NCBI GenBank assembly: GCA_965367815.1
Contig: CBDUKN010000007.1
Coordinates: 32,001-96,000 of the forward strand
Direction: 5' to 3'
From: an uncultured Thermoprotei archaeon
GTDB taxonomy: Archaea > Thermoproteota > Thermoprotei > Thermofilales > B15-G2
DNA: 64,000 bases
A program made the translations under genes and the position numbers. Below the pieces are notes generated by a model that saw only the letters and a list, made by a program, of their open reading frames with translations, had not been told where the DNA came from and ran no database searches. Positions 10,646 to 18,801 of this stretch are shown one piece after another; positions within the stretch are counted from its first letter, which is position 1; each line of letters opens with the position of its first letter.

Positions 10646-12067
10646 TTAAATAATTTTCATCAATATTCTTCTAAGCTTTAATTCGAGCTCTTTCGCTACT
10701 TCTTTTTCTTCACTAAATATGTTTTCTTTCTCGGGCTGATCTCCTATACTCCAGTCTTTAGGCGGAGGCGGAAGATAGTTCCTATCAAGACTATATAACT
10801 CCGGCTCCACCTTCTCTTGTTCTTTTATGTATCTTGTGCCGAAAGTATAGGGTGTCATTTGCTGAGGCCAAAGATATAGACTATAGTCTTCTGTCCTAAT
10901 GCTCCACGACCGCCCATAGTGTCCTGCTATTGCACAGTCTCTAACATGTTCTTCTTCTCCTAGCAGGACTGGCAGTAGACTTTTGCCTTCATATGAAGGC
11001 TTTACAGTCCATCTGCTTCTTTCTTCAGGTAGCTTAAGTAGGTCCACTATTGTGGGAGCCAAGTCGACTGTCTGAACGAATGTTTTTACTCTTTTCGGCT
11101 TTGCTCCTAGTTCTTCAGGAGGCTTAATCATAAAGACTATTCGCGAAAGCTCTTCGTAGGGCCAGGGCCTCACTTTTCTTATTATACCATGTTCTCCTAG
11201 AGGCTCTCCGTGGTCGCTAATAAGTATTATCAACGAGTTCTCCCATAGTCCTAGCTCCTTTACTTTCTCGAAGAAAATGCCTACCCACTTATCTACTAGC
11301 GTGATTTCGCCCGCATACTGTGCTCTAATGTGCTGTATTTCAGGTAAAGTGAAGTGCTTAATGAATCCGCCGTCTTTTCCTCCTATTGATGGATGAATAA
11401 TAGGTAGGCCGCTGTAGTCAGGAGCATATAGTTCATAGTATTCTTGTGGCGGGTCCCATGGCTCGTGGGGATCGAATGAGTCTAGCCACAAAAAGATTCT
11501 GTCTTTGCGTCCTCTAGCTACTTGTTCTTCAAGCCACTTAATGGCTTCTTTAACTACTTGAGCTACAAAGTGGTCTTCTTCGCTTTTCCAGTGAGCAGTG
11601 TTCTTGAGGTATTGAGTTAAGACATTTCTATCGTGGTCCGTGAGATAGTTCTTAGGACTCCATTTACTTAAATCAACTTTTATATTTGGGTCGACTATAT
11701 AGGGGTCTGCTTCCTGGCCTCTAATCCACTTTACGTAGTCAAATCCTCTCTCGTAGGCCATAGTAGGCTTATGCATGTGGTATGTGTCACTTATAAGTGC
11801 CGTAACATAGCCGCTATCCCACAGGACTTCAGCTAAAGGAACGTCTTCTGGCTCAAGCCTCTGCCAGCCTTTTCTCATTAAAGTATATCTGCCTGTAAAA
11901 AGCGCTGTGCGTACAGGAAGTGTAGGCATTCCTTCAGCGTAGGCTCTATCAAAAACAATACTTTCCTTTGCAAAAGCATCTATATTAGGTGTCTTAATCC
12001 ATGAGTTACCATAGCAACCTAAATGATCTGGCCGCAGGCTATCAAGCATCACAATAATTACGTTCAT
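10646..12067 (-). CDS. Sulfatase-like hydrolase (alkaline phosphatase superfamily) with Thr at the nucleophile position
   Basis: MLDSLRPDHLG, TLPVRTALFTGRY, FDPHEPW, SDHGE. Confidence 0.88.
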   Translation of the reverse strand: MNVIIVMLDSLRPDHLGCYGNSWIKTPNIDAFAKESIVFDRAYAEGMPTLPVRTALFTGRYTLMRKGWQRLEPEDVPLAEVLWDSGYVTALISDTYHMHKPTMAYERGFDYVKWIRGQEADPYIVDPNIKVDLSKWSPKNYLTDHDRNVLTQYLKNTAHWKSEEDHFVAQVVKEAIKWLEEQVARGRKDRIFLWLDSFDPHEPWDPPQEYYELYAPDYSGLPIIHPSIGGKDGGFIKHFTLPEIQHIRAQYAGEITLVDKWVGIFFEKVKELGLWENSLIILISDHGEPLGEHGIIRKVRPWPYEELSRIVFMIKPPEELGAKPKRVKTFVQTVDLAPTIVDLLKLPEERSRWTVKPSYEGKSLLPVLLGEEEHVRDCAIAGHYGRSWSIRTEDYSLYLWPQQMTPYTFGTRYIKEQEKVEPELYSLDRNYLPPPPKDWSIGDQPEKENIFSEEKEVAKELELKLRRILMKII

Positions 12068-12148
12068 ACAAGTGAATACTCAGGTTTTGTAATAAAACAC
12101 TTTGCTGTCAATAAACATAAAAGCAAGTTAAACGTAAATAATCCTGCT

Positions 12149-12520
12149 GTGAGTAAAGTAAGCAAAGAATACATTAAAAGTGTTTTAAAGGAAATACAGG
12201 ATGCTTTAGATGAACTAAAGACTATAACTAAATTTAGTGAATCTGATTTTATGTCTAGTAGAACACTTAGATTTTCAGCTAGATTCTCAATAATACAGAT
12301 AGTAGAAGCTGCATCTGACCTAGGAATAGCAATACTCGAAAAAGACTTTTCGGAGACAGCTGAAAGCTATAGGGAAGTTTTTTCAAAACTAGCTTTGAAA
12401 GGAGTAATTAAATCTGAAACAGCCGAAGAGATGGAAAAAATAGCATCTCTAAGAAACATGATTATTCATAGATACTGGAGAATTGATGATAGGAAAATAT
12501 ATAGAGATGCTATTTCGGGA
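12149..12520 (+). pseudogene. HepT-like (DUF86) HEPN RNase toxin, 5' part, interrupted by the TnpB element
   Basis: RNMIIH (Rx4H) motif. Joins in frame to 14702-14764 to give a 144-aa protein ending ...IYRDAISGGICAIERFMEEVREYVSKDC*. Confidence 0.85.
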
Positions 12521-12541
12521 AACTTTCGAGAGCGGTTATGT

Positions 12542-12724
12542 TTATTGTTTCTTGTTCCACCAATATAGGAGTCGATACGGCACACCTATTAAGCTCTCCT
12601 CTACAACAATGATTACCGTATTTCCCGCCTTACTAATCCACGAGCCAAGCACCTTACCCTCTACCTTAAACTCCTTCGGCAACCTATACTCAAGCCACTC
12701 ATCACTCCCTAAACAAGAACTCAA
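12542..12724 (-). CDS. Small hypothetical cargo ORF inside the element
   Basis: 60-aa ORF that reads like coding sequence; no recognised motif. Confidence 0.35.
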   Translation of the reverse strand: MSSCLGSDEWLEYRLPKEFKVEGKVLGSWISKAGNTVIIVVEESLIGVPYRLLYWWNKKQ

Positions 12725-12796
12725 AGCCCATAAATCATGAATATAAATACTTAAATTAACATCAAGGTAAAATACTTGGAGAGAGGTGGGGGGAGG

Positions 12797-12858
12797 GTTC
12801 TATTGCTTCTGAGACTAGTATTCCCCCGGCAGGGGGTTTGGTTTAGAAGCAATAGGGC
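12797..12858. other. Long stem-loop within the left arm of the element
   Basis: CTATTGCTTCT (12800-12810) is perfectly complementary to AGAAGCAATAG (12845-12855), with an inner CCCCC/GGGGG stem. Confidence 0.7.
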
Positions 12859-12977
12859 ATTGGGCAATGAGTTCCGTGTCAGTCACTTACTTCTATTCAT
12901 TCACTAATATACGAGTGAGGAAATAACTATTGCTTAAGCTTTGTCAAGGAAACTAATATACTGTATGGCTATTTATG

Positions 12978-12993
12978 CAAACAGCTTATATAT
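12978..12993 (+). promoter_or_regulatory. Putative BRE/TATA promoter for the omega-RNA/tnpB transcript
   Basis: TTATATA at 12986-12992, ~25 nt before the start of the GC-rich structured region. Confidence 0.55.
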
Positions 12994-13014
12994 CTCTGAA
13001 ACAACTATTACTTT

Positions 13015-13129
13015 AGATGACCCACTCTACCTCTAGGGTAGAGTAGCGATGAGGCGAGAGCCCTATGGCTCAGTGAGCCCCACCCCAGGCCCACAGCTAC
13101 TAGAGCTACGTGGGGTGTCTCCCCGGGAT
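13015..13129 (+). ncRNA. Putative 5' half of a split TnpB omega-RNA
   Basis: GC-rich hairpins (ACTCTACC/GGTAGAGT, GGC-GAGA-GCC, GGCTC/GAGCC). 13102-13127 pairs with 14591-14618 and 13085-13092 pairs with 14693-14700. Confidence 0.55.
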
Positions 13130-13183
13130 AGGGAAGGCAGGTGCCCCCCGCTACCATTCTTTACGGAGCGGTGGGGGTGTCTT

Positions 13184-14580
13184 GTGGGGCGAGAGGTAGA
13201 GGTTTTAAGAAGTAATATTTTGAGGATAATAGAGGATGAGAGTTTTTTAGAAGAGCTTAGGAAAGAATTTAAGAAATACTTTGATACTGCAAATAAATTC
13301 ATAGAACAGTATTATCGGGAAAACTGTAGGCTTCCTAGTGTTTTAGAAGTCTATAGAGTTCTTCGTAGAAATAGTGCTTTCAGTGTTATTTCCAGTGAAG
13401 TAGCTAGGAAGGTCCTAGAGGCTTGGAAATCTTATATTGAGCTTAAAAAGCGTGGCTATAAGGTTGAGAAGCCGGAATTTAGGAGGCCTTCAATTATTCT
13501 TCATAATCAGCAATACAGGATTTATGCTAAGAGGGAAAGTGATGGATGGTCAGTTGAGAAAATCGAGGTGAGGCTTAACAGGAAATGGATTTCAATTAAA
13601 GCTAGAGGGAAGCTTAGACGGATTCCAGTATTGGAGAGTGGTCTAGTATTTTACATTAATATTGATAGAAAACTAGTATATTTGAGACGCTACTTAACAG
13701 ACAAATACTTGATTCTAGGAGAATACTGCACTAATAAAAATAAGGCGAGATTTTTCAGAGAAATAATAAGTGGTATTTTGTTTTTAGTGTTTCTTTAAAG
13801 ATTCCAGTGCTTAAGGGGGATGGTGTAGCGGGTGTAGATATTGGTGTAAGGAATCTTATAGCGCTTGTCGGAATTGACGGTGAAGGTGAGGCTTTTTCAC
13901 TGTTGTTTAAGAGTGGTACCTTAAGGGCTTACTGGCTTAAAAACGAGAAGCTTGCTAGACGGAGACAGAAAATCGCTTACAAGTATTTCTGGGGAGCAGC
14001 AAAGTGTGCTGAAGAAGGTAATAGAGAAGAAGAGAAAGAGTTTTTCAGTAAATATGAATTGTATTTGAGGAAAGCAGGAAGGTTTAAGAAGAAGGCTAGG
14101 GAGGTTCGTAGGAAAGCGGTTAATCAGATGTGTCGATTGATTGCAGAGTTTCTTGTAGAGAAAGGTGTTTCAAGGGTGTTTGTTGGTAATTCGGTATGCT
14201 ACTGTGTTAGTAGTGAAGAAGAAGTTAAGAAAGTTTCTAAGTCTACTAGAGAATTACTGCGCAACTTTTTTGCTTCCCGTCAAATCATTAATGCTCTTAA
14301 GCGGCACTGTGAGGTCAGGGGTATTAGAGTAATTGAGGTGAGTGAAGAGAATACTAGTAGTGTTTGTCCTGTGTGTGTTCAGAGGGTTGAGCGTCCTTAT
14401 AGAGGGCTAGTAGTGTGTGAGAAATGTGGACAATTTAACGCGGATTTAAGTGCAGCATATAACATAATGAAGTTTAATAGTAGTGTCGAGTTAAGTGGTA
14501 AAGAGTTAAAAAGACTTCTCAATAATCCTAAAACATTCCTCTACCTTACTAAGGAACAGAAATGGATATCTAAAAATTAA
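13184..14580 (+). pseudogene. tnpB: TnpB RNA-guided endonuclease with one -1 frameshift near 13744-13768
   Basis: GGGGGTG SD then GTG at 13184. The -1 frame reads QRNNKWYFVFSV..GVDIGVRNL (RuvC-I), VFVGN, EENTS, CPVC/CEKC zinc finger, NADLSAAYNI (RuvC-III). Confidence 0.88.
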
Positions 14581-14596
14581 ATCTTTTTTACCCGAT

Positions 14597-14700
14597 AGGG
14601 AGACACCTCACTAGCTCTCTCCGAAGAGGAGGGGTAACCCGCCTGACCCCCAGGCAGGCAATGAAGGGGCAAAAGCCCCCAAGCCGAAAGAGGGGTCTGG
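14597..14700 (+). ncRNA. 3' part of the TnpB omega-RNA scaffold (element right end); the guide would start at 14701
   Basis: Hairpins GGG-GTAA-CCC, GCCTG/CAGGC and GGGGC-AAAA-GCCCC lie directly downstream of tnpB and run to the junction. Confidence 0.65.
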
Positions 14701-14764
14701 AGGCATATGTGCAATAGAAAGATTTATGGAAGAGGTAAGAGAATATGTGTCTAAGGACTGTTGA
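14701..14764 (+). pseudogene. HepT-like toxin, 3' remnant
   Basis: GICAIERFMEEVREYVSKDC* in the same frame as the 5' part. Confidence 0.75.
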
Positions 14765-15207
14765 GGAAAAGAAAAAGTTTACATTCTACAATATTAGCTT
14801 TAATTCTCGGAAAAAATTCTAGATAAAATAGCTCTTATGTTAGAGAAAGAAAAAGAAATAATTTTTGCAGTAATTTATGGCGGATTTATTGATTCAAAAA
14901 TTTTTAGAGATATTGATATAGCAGTTTTCACAGGATATAAAGTGCCGTATGAAGAAATGTGGTCTTATACGGGGTCTCTGGCTAAAAGACTCGAGGAGGT
15001 GGCAAGTATTCCAGTCGATATTAAGATGCTTGATTACGCTCCTCCTTCTTTTAGAGTAGAAATCTTAAAAAAGGTAAAGTTATAGTCGACAAAGAGCCTT
15101 ATATAAGAATCATATTGAAGTGGGCATCATTATGTGAATTAAATGATATTTCAATAAAATGTAATAAAATTAAAAGTATTTTAGGCGAAGAGGTATTAAG
15201 CCCTTAA
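14745..15207 (+). pseudogene. MntA-like minimal nucleotidyltransferase antitoxin with two frameshifts
   Basis: YGGF...RDIDIAV motif. The frame breaks at A-runs near 14811-14816 and 15067-15072. Start overlaps the hepT 3' end. Confidence 0.75.
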
Positions 15208-15244
15208 GCTAAGTTTTATTTCTAAAAAACGGGAATAAATCTAT

Positions 15245-15769
15245 ATGTCGAGGGTATTTGAAGTTATTAAAGCTAGAAGAAGCATTAGGAGATACGAGCC
15301 TAAGCCTATTCCGCGAGAAGACCTAGAGAAAATATTTGAGGCTGCGAGACTAGCTCCTTCAGCGAAAAATCTTCAGCCCTGGAGATTTGTCGTAATAACT
15401 GACCCTGAAAAGAAAAAGGAGCTAGCTAAAGCCTGCTGGAACCAGATGTTTATAGCTGATGCAGCTGTAATCGTTGTAGCGCTCTCAGATCCTAATTTGT
15501 CTCCAAGGTGGCATGATAAAGACACTATGATAGCTATAGAGCACATGGTGCTTGTTGCAGCTGATTTAGGGTACGGTACATGCTGGATAGGAGCTTTTGA
15601 CGAAAACGAAGTAAAGAAGATAGTTAAGGCTCCTAAGAACCTGAAGGTAGTAGCTGTACTGCCTATCGGTTATCCAGCGGAATCTCCTCCACAGAGACCT
15701 AGGAAGAAGCTTGAGGAAATCTTCTTCTACGAGGAGTACGGAAAGCCGCTAGATTTAAGTAAAATATAG
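15245..15769 (+). CDS. Nitroreductase family protein
   Basis: RRSIRRY, APSAKNLQPW, GYGTCWIG, LPIGYP. Confidence 0.93.
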   Translation: MSRVFEVIKARRSIRRYEPKPIPREDLEKIFEAARLAPSAKNLQPWRFVVITDPEKKKELAKACWNQMFIADAAVIVVALSDPNLSPRWHDKDTMIAIEHMVLVAADLGYGTCWIGAFDENEVKKIVKAPKNLKVVAVLPIGYPAESPPQRPRKKLEEIFFYEEYGKPLDLSKI

Positions 15770-15825
15770 CTTGCTACGACTTAGTTCACGTAGAAAAAGT
15801 AATTATTTAAAAAATACTGTATTTT

Positions 15826-16895
15826 GTGGCTAAGCTAGCTCTTTTAGGAGGAGAGCCTGTTAGAGACCTGAAGAAGAATCTATATCCTTTTTACCCTAGA
15901 ATTGGTGAAGAAGAAATAGAGGCTGTAGTTGAGGTCATGAAGAGCGGCACTTAAGTTCTCTTAGAGGAGAATATACGCGTAGATTCGAAGAAGAGTTTGC
16001 TAAATATATTGGCGTAAACTACGCAATTGCCTGTAGCTCAGGGTCAGCTGCTCTGCACCTAGCTCTGGCTGCTGTAGGAGTAGGACTTGGAGACGAAGTA
16101 ATAGTTCCTGCATACACTTTCACATCGACTGCTGCAGCAGTATTAATGCAGTGTGCTATACCTATTTTCGCCGACGTCAGCCCCGAGACATATACAATAG
16201 ATGTCGAAGACTTAGAGAAGAAGGTCACTGATAGAACTAAGGCAATTATAGTAGTGCACTTAGCAGGTCATCCATGTGAAATGGATGAAATTATGCGTAT
16301 TGCCGAAGAGCATTCCGAGTTTCTTAAAAAGAAGCCTATTAGTGAAGCATTCAATATGCTTGGACGGAACTACCGCATGACAGAGCAGCAGGCAGCTATA
16401 GGCTTAGTTCAGCTGAAAAAGCTAGATAGAATGAATGAAGCTAGAAGAAAAAAGCCGAAGCGCTGATTAAAGTCTTTGAAAAACATGATTGCTTGGATGC
16501 TCTAAAAGTAAAGCCTTATGTTAAGCATGCATGGCACTTGTTCTTCGGAAAATATTTTGAGGAAAAAACAGGTATATCAAGAGAACTTTTCATCAAGGCG
16601 CTAGCAGGCAGAAGGAGTACCCGCCTACATCGGCTACAAAGAACCGCTATATGCAAGTTCTCTCTATAAGTATAAACTTGCTCGTAAAAGAGGATGTCCA
16701 TTTACTTGCCCATTCTACGGCAAAGAAATAGATTATCCAAGCGGACTCTGTCCTACTGCCGAAGAACTATGTTACAAGAGAGCACTTTGGCTTCCGTGCC
16801 ACTCTGAGCTTAAGAAAGAAGATATTAAAGATATTATAGAAGGCATTGAAAAGGTAGTAAATAATATAAATGAATTAAAACAATTTAATACCTAG
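15826..16895 (+). pseudogene. Degraded second DegT-family aminotransferase
   Basis: Fragments KLALLGGEPVR, SSGSAALHLAL, GRNYRMTEQQAA and CPFTCPFYGK lie in different frames. The EDCAQ and PLP-lysine region is deleted. Confidence 0.88.
16213..16313 (+). repeat. 101-bp exact repeat, copy 2
   Basis: Identical to 9335-9435. Confidence 0.9.
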
Positions 16896-17067
16896 CCACA
16901 AAGACCCCTAATCATATTCTTATCAAAAAAGCTTTTCGCAGATTACATTGTAGTGTAAACAGAGTGGTTGATTAAGCACGTAAGATTTATATGTATAAAA
17001 GATTCTCTCCTCTAAGGGACCCAGTATTTCCGAAGAAGAAACAATTACGCGGAAAGAAAGTATTATT

Positions 17068-18801
17068 GTGTTTAAAAAACTATTACCTTATATAAGAAGA
17101 CATATTAAATATTTCCTAATATCTTTAGTACTATTATTCCTATCTAATCAGTTGAGTGTAATAGTACCTCTTATATCGAAAGACATCATAGATAAGTGCA
17201 TTATAGGAGGAAATCTAGAGCTACTACCTAGACTAGTTATTTTAACTATAGTTCTTTCCGTAGCTTCGGCAGGCCTCGGTGCTTTAAGAGGATATATTAA
17301 CACATTTTTTGCCCAAAAAATAGTATACGAGCTTAGAGTTGACGCATTTAAAGCGGTTCAACGTCAGTCATATGTATTCTTTTCTAAAATGCCAATAGGT
17401 CAGCTGATCTCGAGAATCACTAGCGACACCGATGTTGTTTCAAGTTTTCTCAGCAGACCTTTACCTAATGCTCTCAACGCGATTATTTTAGGAGTTCTAG
17501 CTTTCAGTGCAATGACGTCGATAAACTTAAAGCTCACATTCATGATATTTCCCTTCTTTATTGTAATAGTGCTGATTTTCTACAGATATTCTTCGCTAAT
17601 AAGACCTCTTTTCCTAAAAATTAGAAATCAGTATGGAAGATTAACTTCAATTACTAATAATTCTCTAGTAGGTATAATAACTATAAAAGCTTTAGGTGTA
17701 GAAGAATATTCTATTAAAAACTTTAAAGAAGAGAACAGTAGATACTTTGATTTGACAATGAAAGCTGCTAAAGTGAGGGCAACGTATATACCGCTAGTAT
17801 CACTCATAATTGGTATAGCTACAGTTATGATCCTCTACTATGGAGGAATCGAAACCATATTAGGAGCATTTACCGTAGGAAGTCTTTTAGCTTTTATAAG
17901 TTATCTTACAATGCTTGCATGGCCCTTCAGGTTTATAGGCTTCTTCGTGACATCTTTTCAGAGGTCAATGACTGCTGCAAAAAGAGTGTTCGATTTAATA
18001 GAGGCAGTCCCCGAAGTAAAAGAAAAACCTGATGCTATACCTATGCCTCCAATTAAAGGACACATTGTCTTCGAAAATGTTAGCTTTGGCTTTAGCAAAG
18101 ATAGACTTGTCCTAAAGAATATAAACCTTGAAATAAAGCCTGGAGAAAAAGTAGCTGTTGTAGGTCCAACAGGCTCAGGTAAAACGCTGCTAGTAATGAT
18201 GATTCCAAGGTTCTTTGATCCGATTGAAGGAAGAATACTGATAGATGGAATTGATGTAAGAGATGTTAAAATAAGATCTTTGCGCAAACAAATAGCGATA
18301 GTTCCTCAAGAACCCTATATTTTCGCCGGGACTATCAAAGATAATATTGCTTTCGGTAAGCCTAAAGCCCGATTAGATGAAATAGTTAGGGCAGCAAAAA
18401 TTGCTAGAATACACGATTTCATAGAGAAGCTTCCACAGAAATATGATACACTGGTTGGAGAAAGAGGAATAACGCTTTCCGGTGGGCAGAAGCAGAGAAT
18501 AGCTATTGCAAGAGTTATTCTCGTAGACCCCAAGATACTCATACTAGATGACCCTACATCGAATCTCGATGCACAAACCGAGAAAGAATTTGTTGAGATG
18601 CTCAAAGACGTGATAAAAGGCAAGACTACAATTATTATAACTTCTAGACCAGCTTTACTCAAACTAGCAGACAGAATAGTCGTGCTGAAAGATGGAACTA
18701 TTGTGGAAGAAGGAACCCACGAAGAGCTTCTCGCTAAAAAGGGTCTATATTACAGGCTTTATGAAGAGATGGTTAAAATGGCTGAAGTTGAGGTGAAATA
18801 A
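17068..18801 (+). CDS. Heterodimeric ABC exporter subunit (TMD-NBD, degenerate catalytic residues)
   Basis: GPTGSGKT, LSGGQKQR, Walker B ILILDD (E to D), H-switch replaced (ITSR). Confidence 0.93.
   Translation: MFKKLLPYIRRHIKYFLISLVLLFLSNQLSVIVPLISKDIIDKCIIGGNLELLPRLVILTIVLSVASAGLGALRGYINTFFAQKIVYELRVDAFKAVQRQSYVFFSKMPIGQLISRITSDTDVVSSFLSRPLPNALNAIILGVLAFSAMTSINLKLTFMIFPFFIVIVLIFYRYSSLIRPLFLKIRNQYGRLTSITNNSLVGIITIKALGVEEYSIKNFKEENSRYFDLTMKAAKVRATYIPLVSLIIGIATVMILYYGGIETILGAFTVGSLLAFISYLTMLAWPFRFIGFFVTSFQRSMTAAKRVFDLIEAVPEVKEKPDAIPMPPIKGHIVFENVSFGFSKDRLVLKNINLEIKPGEKVAVVGPTGSGKTLLVMMIPRFFDPIEGRILIDGIDVRDVKIRSLRKQIAIVPQEPYIFAGTIKDNIAFGKPKARLDEIVRAAKIARIHDFIEKLPQKYDTLVGERGITLSGGQKQRIAIARVILVDPKILILDDPTSNLDAQTEKEFVEMLKDVIKGKTTIIITSRPALLKLADRIVVLKDGTIVEEGTHEELLAKKGLYYRLYEEMVKMAEVEVK

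Larger units (their letters stand above)
12520..14700 (+). mobile_element. Non-autonomous TnpB element, 2181 bp, with IS607-like junctions and no transposase gene
   Basis: Removal restores the hepT frame. GG(A) occurs at both junctions (TTTCGGG|A at left, GGTCTGG|A at right). Contains tnpB. Exact ends are uncertain by a few bp. Confidence 0.8.

Noticed and set aside
12520-13180. IStron (group I intron) at the left end of the TnpB element
   Set aside because: The in-frame length is suggestive, but I could not identify a group I catalytic core (P3-P7), and an internal promoter and antisense ORF occupy the region. A covariance-model search would settle it.
13049-13183. ATG 13049 as the tnpB start
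   Set aside because: It translates GC-rich structured RNA into an implausible Pro/Gly-rich peptide; GTG 13184 has a good SD
13807-14580. Two-gene tnpA plus tnpB arrangement
   Set aside because: The upstream ORF has no HUH/Y1 or serine recombinase motifs, and the KWYF strand upstream of 13807 shows one frameshifted TnpB
12513-14689. 6-bp terminal inverted repeat TTTCGG/CCGAAA as element ends
   Set aside because: Too short, and excision at these ends does not restore the hepT frame
17068-18801. Degenerate NBD motifs as a sign of pseudogenisation or novelty
   Set aside because: This is the normal asymmetry of heterodimeric ABC exporters
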